Source: Nostoc sp. PCC 7120 = FACHB-418
GTDB lineage: Bacteria > Cyanobacteriota > Cyanobacteriia > Cyanobacteriales > Nostocaceae
DNA length: 32,000 nucleotides
Direction: 5' to 3'
Assembly (NCBI RefSeq): GCF_000009705.1
Contig: NC_003272.1
Span: 3,120,001 to 3,152,000, forward strand
In this document: positions 8,862 through 16,794 of the stretch, one piece after another
Layout of the letters: every line of letters starts with the position of its first letter
How positions within the stretch are numbered: the first letter of the stretch is position 1
The notes under the pieces: generated by a model
The model's database searches: none
Seen by the model: the letters and a program-made list of their open reading frames with translations, nothing else
Told to the model about the DNA's origin: nothing
Translations under genes and position numbers: made by a program

Positions 8862-9694
8862 TTCATTGGTTGTTGATGGGTTCGCAAATACACACTAGGA
8901 TTAACACCATACTGTTTACGAAATGCAGCTGCAAAGTAACTGCGGTCTGCAAAACCAACTGCACGAGCTACTTCTCCTATGCTCATTTCACCTATTGCTA
9001 ACAGTTGTCCGGCTTTCTCTAATCTCTGGTGATGTAAATAGCCAAAAGCCGTTGTATGAAAAACTTGACGGAAACCTCGTTTGAGGGTGCAGTCATTCAA
9101 ACCCACCATTCGCGCTAGTTCGATTAAGGAAGGAGGATTGTCTATATTCTGTAACAAAATATCTTTTGCACAGTGAATACGTTCTATGTCATCTGGTTTG
9201 AGGTGATAGGCATTTATTTGAGATTGTCCTAGTGCTAACTCTTCTGAAATTAGCAAGGCCATTAACTCTAAAGCTTTACTTTCCAAATATATACGCTTAG
9301 TAACACTCTGGTAAGGACATTGTAAAATTTGTTGCAAAGCCATCGTCATCACAGACGTGGTGTTACCGGAACGCACATAATATTTGTTTTCTGGTTTTTC
9401 AACTAAATGGGCAAGTTGTGCCGATTTTTGCTCAGTGCGAAGGTCTAGACATGAGCAAAAAAACTCCGGTTCGATATGGAGATTAATCGACAGAGTCCTC
9501 TGACTTGCTAACCATTCATAAGATTCTTTTGGTGCAACACCGCTACCACAAATAGCGTACTGTCCAGCCAAAGCAGAGCTAGATTGATTTTTGTGACCAC
9601 CAGATAGATAAAAGGTAAACTCTACACCGTGTTGGCGTTCTGGAGATTTGAGAATCAGATAATCATGGAGTTGATAGTCAGCAATTGTTAACTC
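8849..9694 (-). pseudogene. 5'-truncated AraC-family regulator
   Basis: The track ORF is 8849..9571 (240 aa) with an intact C-terminal double HTH. The frame stays open and homologous up to 9694 (ELTIADYQLHDYLILKSPERQHGVEFTFYLSGGHKNQSSSALAGQYAICGSG, compared with paralog LSISEHQLNDDLVIKLPERQHPLEYSFYLAGYYEDNHFAISSGQNRLWGSG). There it meets, in the same frame, the TAA stop (9697..9695) of the ABC gene. About 60-65 N-terminal residues are missing. Confidence 0.65.
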
Positions 9695-11416
9695 TTAAAA
9701 AATCCAATCAGCTTGCTCATCAGCTAAAATATCTTCAAACTTACCTTGTGCTACAACCCTACCTGCTTTCATTACAATAATCTGGTCAGCGCGTCGTAAA
9801 ACAGAACGGCGATGAGACACCACCAGACAAGTTGGTGTCCAAGGATTTTCCTCAGTTGTATTAGCAAATATCCGCGACCATAATGCCAATTCTGTTTCCA
9901 CATCCAACGCGCTAGAAAGGTCATCAAATATCAGTAATTCTGGTTGACGTACAAACATCCGCGCCGCCGCTACCCGTTGCATTTGTCCACCAGAAAGCCG
10001 CACACCTTTTGTTCCCACTAAAGTTTCTAACTTCTCGTTCATAGCTGCTAAATCTTGCTCAAATACAGCCATTTTTAATGCTGTTTCAATATCAGCATCA
10101 TCCTTAGACAATCCCAGCAAAATGTTTTCTCGTAAGGAATAGCTGAACAGTTGGGGAATTTGCGGAGTGTAAGCACTGCGAGGTGGGACAAAAAAATTAG
10201 CAGGGTCTGCAACTAGATGATTATTCCAATAAATTTCCCCGGCTTGTTTGGGTAATAATCCTAATAATACTCTGAGCAATGTAGTTTTTCCTGCACCGAT
10301 GCGCCCAGTAATTACAGTCAAACTACCGCGCTGTATTTGTAAGTTAATATCTACAATTCCTTGAGTAGTACCAGGATAAATATAAGTTAAATTTGTTAGT
10401 TTTAATGATTGTAGTTGATGACTTGCATTATTTTTTGGTTGTTCTAATCGAGGTAAGTTTTTTCTACTTTTACCCAAGTCTTGTAAATAAAGTTGATTTG
10501 GGGCTACCAAAGTCTCTGTTGATGCACCAGAAATTAAAGTAGTCATACGTTCAAAAGCAACTTCCGTTTGCTTATACAATGCCATAAAGCCGCCTACAGA
10601 GGCAAAAAAACCTGTGACAAATGATAGATTATAAACAAATAAAGCAAAGTCACCTACTGTTAATTGATTACTGCCACTTTGCATCAAAAAAGAAGCCATC
10701 ACCAAAATTAAACCTGTACCGAAATTCACCATGTTTTGAAATAGTGAATTGAGAATGGCTTTTAATAGGGTGTCTTTAACCATCGTCTCCCGACGGTTAT
10801 CATTCAAAGTGCGAAAATAAGAGAGGACATCTTGTTCTGCACCAGCTACTTTAATAGCTTGTACAGAACTAAATATTTCTCCTAAAATGCCTGTCACTTG
10901 TTGAGTTGCTTGACGGCTAGATTTGCGATATTGTTTGATGCGGGTTTCTGTTTTTTGGATAATTACTACCATTCCCACTAAGGGGAGGAAAACAAATAGT
11001 GTCATGGGGACATTGACACTTAATAATATGACTAAAGAAAGAACAGCAAATATTCCTTCTCCAAATATTTCTGATACCCATGCCACATTATCTTCAATGT
11101 GTTCGGTATCATCTCGAAAATAGCTGATTACTTCACCTTGGGATACAGTTTTTTCAGTATCATTATGAGCAGCCTTAATTTGAGCATGAGGATTATTTAA
11201 GAGACGTTCTAATAAATTTCTTCTCAGTAATGACCTCATAGTAAAACGATGCTGAGTTTTGGTGATTCGCCCTATCAATATCACCAAAATATGCCCCAAA
11301 TTCAAAGCGACGAAACCTGCAATAAATGCCCAAGGTGATAGACCAAATTGAGCTTTACCTGTGAGACTATTAAAAAATTCTCGAATAATTAATCCAGGTA
11401 GGGCAGGTAAGCCCAT
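9695..11416 (-). CDS. ABC transporter, fused permease/ATPase of exporter topology (5' end apparently frameshifted)
   Basis: Walker A GRIGAGKTTL, signature LSGGQMQR, Walker B LLIFDD, N-terminal TMD. A 34-codon in-frame extension upstream (CHQQKKLAGWQLLWQLICYKPKLYLIDTCFWIFI) has no start codon. ATG ATG at 11522..11517 is out of frame by one base across an A8 run at 11501..11508. Confidence 0.85.
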   Translation of the reverse strand: MGLPALPGLIIREFFNSLTGKAQFGLSPWAFIAGFVALNLGHILVILIGRITKTQHRFTMRSLLRRNLLERLLNNPHAQIKAAHNDTEKTVSQGEVISYFRDDTEHIEDNVAWVSEIFGEGIFAVLSLVILLSVNVPMTLFVFLPLVGMVVIIQKTETRIKQYRKSSRQATQQVTGILGEIFSSVQAIKVAGAEQDVLSYFRTLNDNRRETMVKDTLLKAILNSLFQNMVNFGTGLILVMASFLMQSGSNQLTVGDFALFVYNLSFVTGFFASVGGFMALYKQTEVAFERMTTLISGASTETLVAPNQLYLQDLGKSRKNLPRLEQPKNNASHQLQSLKLTNLTYIYPGTTQGIVDINLQIQRGSLTVITGRIGAGKTTLLRVLLGLLPKQAGEIYWNNHLVADPANFFVPPRSAYTPQIPQLFSYSLRENILLGLSKDDADIETALKMAVFEQDLAAMNEKLETLVGTKGVRLSGGQMQRVAAARMFVRQPELLIFDDLSSALDVETELALWSRIFANTTEENPWTPTCLVVSHRRSVLRRADQIIVMKAGRVVAQGKFEDILADEQADWIF

Positions 11417-11529
11417 AATAAAAATCCAGAAGCAAGTATCAATTAAGTAGAGTTTTGGTTTATAGCAAATTAGTTGCCATAATAATTGCCAACCAGCAAG
11501 TTTTTTTTGTTGATGACATCATAATATTA

Positions 11530-11560
11530 GGGATTGGGGATTGGGGATTGGGGATTGGGA
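11530..11560. repeat. STRR heptamer array (GGGATTG x4 plus a partial copy)
   Basis: Read directly: gggattggggattggggattggggattggga, in the spacer between the two ABC genes. A related cccagtaccgagtacccagtccc lies near 11620..11640. Confidence 0.8.
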
Positions 11561-11644
11561 AAGGTCTAAAAGTATAGATGATGAGTCAGGAATAAGAAGA
11601 AGAGTCTACTTTTAAGACCCAGTACCGAGTACCCAGTCCCTTAT

Positions 11645-13405
11645 TTAAACTAATAAATCTGTTAAACCTGCTTTTAATAACTGAGCAAAACGTGAATTAG
11701 GATTGTTTGCTAGTTCTTTTCGTTCACCGTATTCACTTATTTTACCTTTGTCTAAAATTAAGATTTGATTGGCTCTTTCTACGGTTGCTAAACGATGGGC
11801 AATAATAATAGCAGTCCGTCCCATCAATAATTTATCTATAGCTTTTTCAATGAGTCTTTCTGTCATTGGGTCAAGACGTGAAGAAGCTTCATCGAGAATT
11901 ACTAAGCCAGGATTTTTGAGAAATACACGGGTAAAGGCTAATAGCTGCGCTTGTCCTGCTGACAAGCCGCTACTATCTGGCCCTAGAGTTGTATCTAAGC
12001 CGTTGGGTAAAGAGTGCAACCATTCTGACAAGCCCAACATTTCTATTGTTTCATGGATGCGATCGCTAGTAATGTCAGGATTAAAAAAAGTCAGGTTATT
12101 GCGAACTGTGGTTTGAAAAAGTTGCACATCTTGAGTTACTAATCCGACTTTCCCCGGTAATTCTTGGAGTGGGGTTTGGTCGATAGGTACACCACCCAAC
12201 CGAATTGAACCTGATTGTGGATCATACAATCTCAAGAGTAATCGCGCCAAAGTAGACTTTCCGCTTCCTGTACGTCCCAGTAAACCCAACACCTGACCCG
12301 CAGGTAAATTAAAAGATACATCTTGCAATACCCAATCTTCAGTATCATTTTTCCGGTCATTGTAAGCAAAGGAGATATTCTCGACAGCTATAGACAGCGC
12401 ACCTGGGGGAAGTAATTTTTCGCCGCTTGTACGTAATTGAGATTGAATTTGTAATAAGTCTGTGATGCGGTAAATACTCGCATCTGCTTGTTGGAGGTCT
12501 TCAAATTGGTTGCGAATTTGTTCAATCGGTTCGCTGAGAATATTGGTGTAGTAATACAATAGGTAAACTGTACCGATGGTAATTGTCTGTTGACTCCATA
12601 GGTAAGCACCAACGATGAGAGCAATTACACTGCCTAAAGTAAATATACCGTTGGTTGTCACCCAAAGAATTGTATCGGCAAAGCGGGCTTTATGAAAGAT
12701 GGGTAGCCAGTTACGAATTATTGTATAGAAGCGTTGCATGACATAGTTTTTCGCGCCATTGGCGCGGATGTCTTCCATCCCGGTTAGCTGTTCACCTAAG
12801 AAGCCAAAAAACTCTGCACTAAATTGGCGATACCCTCCCCAATGGAAAACTGAAATTCTACGCAACTTAATCAGAGTAGATAAGGCGGTGAGAGCAAACA
12901 ATAAAATAGCTAAACCGGCTCGCCAATCTTCTATAAACAGGACTACTATCACACCCAACACCATGAGCAAATTACCCAAGATGTGAATAGTAAATTTCGA
13001 GAAAAATTCTGATAAATTCTGCACATCGCCGTCTATGCGTTCCACTAGTTCCCCTGGTGTACGGTATTTGTGGAAGGATAAATCTAGTCTCAAACAATGC
13101 TCTACTAAATCTGCACGCAAATTATTAGTAGCTGTCCAGGCGACATTTTCACCGTAGAATGTGGCTATAATTGACATTGCTTGGGTGATTAAGGCTACAC
13201 CAATAAATAGCAAGGCCGCTAAGAGTAATTTTTGGCTATCCCCACCACTAACAGCTGTGTCAATGAAATAACGGAGAATTTGGGGGTTGAGGATTTGTAA
13301 GCCGATGCTAACGAGGAGTGCGATCGCAAATTTGACCATCCTACTCTTTTGCGGCTTGAGGTAGTCTACAAGTAAGTGCCAATATTGCTGTAGTCCGATT
13401 TTCAT
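11645..13405 (-). CDS. ABC transporter, fused permease/ATPase of exporter topology
   Basis: 586 aa, ATG start. Walker A GRTGSGKSTL, signature LSAGQAQL, Walker B LVILDEASS, six-span N-terminal TMD. Likely heterodimer partner of 9695..11416. Confidence 0.9.
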   Translation of the reverse strand: MKIGLQQYWHLLVDYLKPQKSRMVKFAIALLVSIGLQILNPQILRYFIDTAVSGGDSQKLLLAALLFIGVALITQAMSIIATFYGENVAWTATNNLRADLVEHCLRLDLSFHKYRTPGELVERIDGDVQNLSEFFSKFTIHILGNLLMVLGVIVVLFIEDWRAGLAILLFALTALSTLIKLRRISVFHWGGYRQFSAEFFGFLGEQLTGMEDIRANGAKNYVMQRFYTIIRNWLPIFHKARFADTILWVTTNGIFTLGSVIALIVGAYLWSQQTITIGTVYLLYYYTNILSEPIEQIRNQFEDLQQADASIYRITDLLQIQSQLRTSGEKLLPPGALSIAVENISFAYNDRKNDTEDWVLQDVSFNLPAGQVLGLLGRTGSGKSTLARLLLRLYDPQSGSIRLGGVPIDQTPLQELPGKVGLVTQDVQLFQTTVRNNLTFFNPDITSDRIHETIEMLGLSEWLHSLPNGLDTTLGPDSSGLSAGQAQLLAFTRVFLKNPGLVILDEASSRLDPMTERLIEKAIDKLLMGRTAIIIAHRLATVERANQILILDKGKISEYGERKELANNPNSRFAQLLKAGLTDLLV

Positions 13406-13633
13406 AAAGTTTTAGCTATCAGCAAGCCGTATTCTGGAAGCTGATTTGAGAATCACGTAGAGTTTAGGAGAGAATTTTTCTTAGCTAATTTTCGTATTCT
13501 ACGCCGAATCTGCCTATTTATTGCTAAATATTTTGATTATTTTTCCTACGGGACATCCAAAAATTAAATTACTCGTTTATCAAGCAATTGGGCAAGAATT
13601 GATATTAGTTTTTATAGTCTTTTTATCAAATCC

Positions 13634-13680
13634 TTAAAATAAATAACCAAGCAAACCCGAAGAAATCCTAGTTTGCTTGG
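13634..13680 (-). terminator. Rho-independent terminator after the Rpn-family gene
   Basis: A perfect 10-bp stem, ccaagcaaac (13647..13656) pairing with gtttgcttgg (13671..13680), with a 14-nt loop. On the minus strand it is followed by ttatttatttt. It lies 10 nt after the stop at 13691. Confidence 0.6.
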
Positions 13681-13690
13681 GGTTAAGTTT

Positions 13691-14539
13691 CTACTGATTA
13701 GCTAACCATGCCTCTAAATCCAACAAACTGGTAAAGTCCAATAAAGCCTCACCCAGATTTTCCAATTCTGACAAACTCAGAATCTCTACCTGTTCCCGTA
13801 TCTGTGGGGGTAATTCTCCTAGCTTGCGAGTTAGTAGACGCAAAACCAGACTTCGTTCCCCTTCTTGTCGTCCTTCTTGTCGTCCTCGCTGTTCTCCTCG
13901 TTGTTCGCCTTCTTCGAGAATTTCTTGGTAAATTACTGACTCGCGCATCATACCCTCCCGAAATAATCTTTTAATCAAATCCTTCTTAAATTTTAACCCC
14001 GCTAAGATTTGGGTATAAGCAGAAATTTCCTGTCGTTGTGTTGTCTCCAATTGGTCAACACGCTGCACAATTTGTTCTAGCAAGAGTTGGGGTTGATTGG
14101 TGGCTGTTAATGGTGCTAAGGGTAATAAGGCTGAATCCTGGAGAAATGGTTCGGGGTTTTCTTCCCATATCCGAATTACTCGGTATTCGTGACGGGTGCT
14201 TTCCACTGTAAAAGCTGTAGCAATTTCACTATCATCTTTTGGGGGAAGCAATAATACTACCACTTGTGTGATTGGTAAACGATATAAACGATACAACCGC
14301 ACCCAATAATCGAGCATTCGCAGAGGTAGGGGTGGTGTAGATTCTAATGTGGTTTGAAATTCTAGGTGTAAAATCCTGCCTTGGAGTTGTAAAAAGGTGA
14401 CGTAATCGGCGCGGATGGGTTCAATACTCAATTCGGTTTTGAGGACTGTGACATCTGTTTGGGGTGCGCCTAATACCCAAGTTGCGAATTTTTGCGGGTG
14501 TTTTTCCGATAGCAGTTTGCAGAGATTATCGAAGGACAT
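13691..14539 (-). CDS. Rpn-family recombination-promoting nuclease / putative transposase (DUF4351-type C-terminus)
   Basis: 282 aa. The N-terminus resembles a PD-(D/E)XK domain (ADYVTFLQLQGRILHLEFQT). There is an RGEQRGEQRGRQEGRQEGE repeat and a C-terminal LGELP....LSL.ELE.LGEALLDF motif typical of the multicopy cyanobacterial family. Confidence 0.7.
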   Translation of the reverse strand: MSFDNLCKLLSEKHPQKFATWVLGAPQTDVTVLKTELSIEPIRADYVTFLQLQGRILHLEFQTTLESTPPLPLRMLDYWVRLYRLYRLPITQVVVLLLPPKDDSEIATAFTVESTRHEYRVIRIWEENPEPFLQDSALLPLAPLTATNQPQLLLEQIVQRVDQLETTQRQEISAYTQILAGLKFKKDLIKRLFREGMMRESVIYQEILEEGEQRGEQRGRQEGRQEGERSLVLRLLTRKLGELPPQIREQVEILSLSELENLGEALLDFTSLLDLEAWLANQ

Positions 14540-14701
14540 TGAGAATAGATAGCTATTTCGTTAAGCATTGTGATTATCTCATGGGGAATTAAAAATCTAA
14601 TAGATGATGGGATGCGATCGCCTGTTTTGCTTGCTCTTCTCGATTAAGTGCTTGAGCGATCGTTTGCATTACAGGTTGTAAAGGCATTTTGACTGCAAAC
14701 A

Positions 14702-14875
14702 TCACAAGGATTTTCTTCCTACTTTTGCTGACAATATTGCGGATGAAAAGCAATTAGGATGAACGACTGAACTTATATTTGGCATTTCCTGGCGACAATC
14801 GGGACAAAACCAGTAAATTCTGCTGCTACCAATGTGTTGCAACAGTTTTCCATGACAGCAAGGGCAGTTACTCAT
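14702..14875 (-). CDS. Hypothetical 57-aa zinc-ribbon micro-protein (below the ORF-track cutoff)
   Basis: Hand translation: MSNCPCCHGKLLQHIGSSRIYWFCPDCRQEMPNISSVVHPNCFSSAILSAKVGRKSL*. It has two CxxC pairs (CPCC, CPDC). Its TGA overlaps the ATG of a further 37-codon ORF (14589..14702). Confidence 0.3.
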   Translation of the reverse strand: MSNCPCCHGKLLQHIGSSRIYWFCPDCRQEMPNISSVVHPNCFSSAILSAKVGRKSL

Positions 14876-15457
14876 ATTTTAATTATTTGCGTTGCTAAAT
14901 TTCAAATTTATAAAATCTAATTATTGACACTAAAGTCAACAAATATCGTAACGTATTGAGATTTTTGCAATCAGAAAATATGTGGGAGAGTAGTTCTCCC
15001 ACAAAAAAGCCTGATGTTGGAGGTAATAGATTTGTATAACAATAATCTAACAAATGATTCTATTTATTGCAATTAATTTTCAATAATTTTTGAGTTAAGC
15101 GATCGCCTCTGGTCGTTCGGAAACCATCGCTTTCACCTTGCACCCTTGTTGTCGTCCTCTTTGAACGATGCGATATTTTTTTGGTGCTGTCTAAGGACAA
15201 GCCGCTTCTCTATGTCAGCAAGTAATATTCTTGAGGTTGCCAAACGATTCCTAGTAGTTGAGAAAAGCTAGCAAAAATTTTGTATGTTTAATAACAAATT
15301 AGTGTTATAAAAATAGGCTATTCTAATTATGTTAGTGCTAATTAATCTCAGTAAGCTGCTACTTGCTGTATTTATCACAAATACTGATCAAAGTGACTTT
15401 GCATTGAGGATTTACTAAAACATATTACTAATAATTAGCAACAAATATAATAATTTA

Positions 15458-16513
15458 TTGCCACTATTTATGACAATCACAATTTCACAAGAAGCTTTTT
15501 GGGATTTATTTGTAGAGATACCAGAAACAGAAAAAAAGTGCGATGGGCTAAGTCCAAGTATAGGCGATCGCTGGGATATATTTGATACCATTTGCTATTT
15601 CCCACAAGAATTAGGTCAAGGATTGTCTGGTGGAATAGAACTACGAGATGGTTTATATTTATCTATTTCCGAACACCAATTAAATGACGATCTGGTTATA
15701 AAACTTCCTGAGCGACAACATCCTTTAGAATACAGCTTTTATCTAGCAGGCTATTACGAAGATAATCATTTTGCTATTAGTAGCGGACAAAATAGATTGT
15801 GGGGTAGTGGACTAGCACCAAAGGAAAAATATAAAACATTTAAATCAGAAAAAATCATTGAGATTAATGTTCACATGGAAACGGAGCTATTTTGCCGTTT
15901 TATGGGTAAAGAAAAAAATCAGCTTCCGCAAGAATTAACTCATTTAGTCAGAAACAATCATCAAGAATATTATTCTCGTCCTGGTACTACGACTCCAGCA
16001 ATGCAAATTGCATTACAACAAATGTTAAATTGTCCCTACCAGGGAATGATGAAACGGATGTACTTAGAAAGTAAGGTTTTGGAACTAATGGTATTGCTGG
16101 TTGAAGAAGATGTATCTGCACGTCAAGGTAAGAATGATACCTCTGCACTCAAACCTGATGATGTGGAACGTATTCACCACGCCAAAGAAATTTTGATCCG
16201 CAATTTAGAAAATCCTCCTTCTTTAATGGAATTATCTAGACAAGTCGGCTTAAATGACTGCACTCTTAAACGTGGCTTCCGGCTAGTATTTGATACGACA
16301 GTATTTGGCTATTTACATCATCATAGATTAGAAGAAGCACGCAAATTGTTAGTAGCAGGAGAAATAAACATTTCCCAAGCAGCTCGTAGAGTTGGTTTTT
16401 CTAGTCGCAGTTACTTTGCTACCGCTTTTAGAAAAAAATTTGGCATCAATCCCAAAGAATTTTTGATAGATAATTCGCGTTTATCAATGGAACTTCATCA
16501 GTTGATAGGATAA
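15458..16513 (+). CDS. AraC-family transcriptional regulator (full length)
   Basis: 351-aa ORF from TTG 15458; ATG 15470 (MTITISQEAF) is more likely. C-terminal double HTH (INISQAARRVGFSSRSYFATAFRKKFGINPKEF). It lies upstream of a receptor gene on the same strand. Confidence 0.85.
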   Translation: MPLFMTITISQEAFWDLFVEIPETEKKCDGLSPSIGDRWDIFDTICYFPQELGQGLSGGIELRDGLYLSISEHQLNDDLVIKLPERQHPLEYSFYLAGYYEDNHFAISSGQNRLWGSGLAPKEKYKTFKSEKIIEINVHMETELFCRFMGKEKNQLPQELTHLVRNNHQEYYSRPGTTTPAMQIALQQMLNCPYQGMMKRMYLESKVLELMVLLVEEDVSARQGKNDTSALKPDDVERIHHAKEILIRNLENPPSLMELSRQVGLNDCTLKRGFRLVFDTTVFGYLHHHRLEEARKLLVAGEINISQAARRVGFSSRSYFATAFRKKFGINPKEFLIDNSRLSMELHQLIG

Positions 16514-16616
16514 AGATAAGAGCAATAAATAGCTTGAGTGTTTGTATCAAAATTTGATGCATAAATTTAAAGATTTCCATGTAATCATAACCTGATTAAA
16601 CAACTTAAAAATTCAA

Positions 16617-16650
16617 AAATTCCGTCTAGCGTTCAAAAAATTCCGTCTAG
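16617..16650 (+). promoter_or_regulatory. Phased direct repeat AAATTCCGTCTAG x2 (21-bp spacing) upstream of the intact receptor
   Basis: Copies at 16617..16629 and 16638..16650. Exactly 30 nt later comes the block TTTCCTGTAAGCTTTTTGATATTAATTACTAA, which is also conserved upstream of the other receptor. Confidence 0.45.
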
Positions 16651-16767
16651 CGTTCAAAGCACTCATCTATATGCAAGAGGTTTCCTGTAAGCTTTTTGAT
16701 ATTAATTACTAATTACGAAAGTAAAGGTGATTGGGCATTAGGTAGTAGGTAAGAGAATTTATTAATA

Positions 16768-16787
16768 CCCAGTCCCCAGTCCCCAAT
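16768..16787. repeat. Short STRR heptamer array
   Basis: cccagtccccagtccccaat, immediately upstream of the receptor start. Confidence 0.6.
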
Positions 16788-16794
16788 CACTTAT

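Noticed and set aside
11530-11560. Tandem short repeats here and at 5729, 16768, 20721, 31467 and 31957, considered as possible CRISPR arrays.
   Set aside because: The repeat unit is 7 nt, the copies are contiguous, and there are no spacers. These are STRR-type heptamer arrays, not CRISPR.
10923-13000. Nested ORFs 10923..11123, 11769..12116, 12388..12624 and 12759..12986.
   Set aside because: All are antisense to, or out of frame within, the two well-supported ABC genes, and none has a recognisable motif.
13691-14875. The Rpn-family nuclease region, considered as a phage-defence island.
   Set aside because: There are no recognisable partner genes (ATPase, methylase, RT, helicase, TIR/SIR2, etc.). 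This family is highly multicopy in cyanobacteria. Only the speculative micro-ORF link is retained, as a low-interest finding.
14982-15002. Perfect 8-bp hairpin gtgggaga-gtagt-tctcccac, considered as a terminator.
   Set aside because: On the plus strand it is followed by A6 rather than a U-tract, and on the minus strand by only a weak atattttct. No upstream gene ends nearby on either strand.
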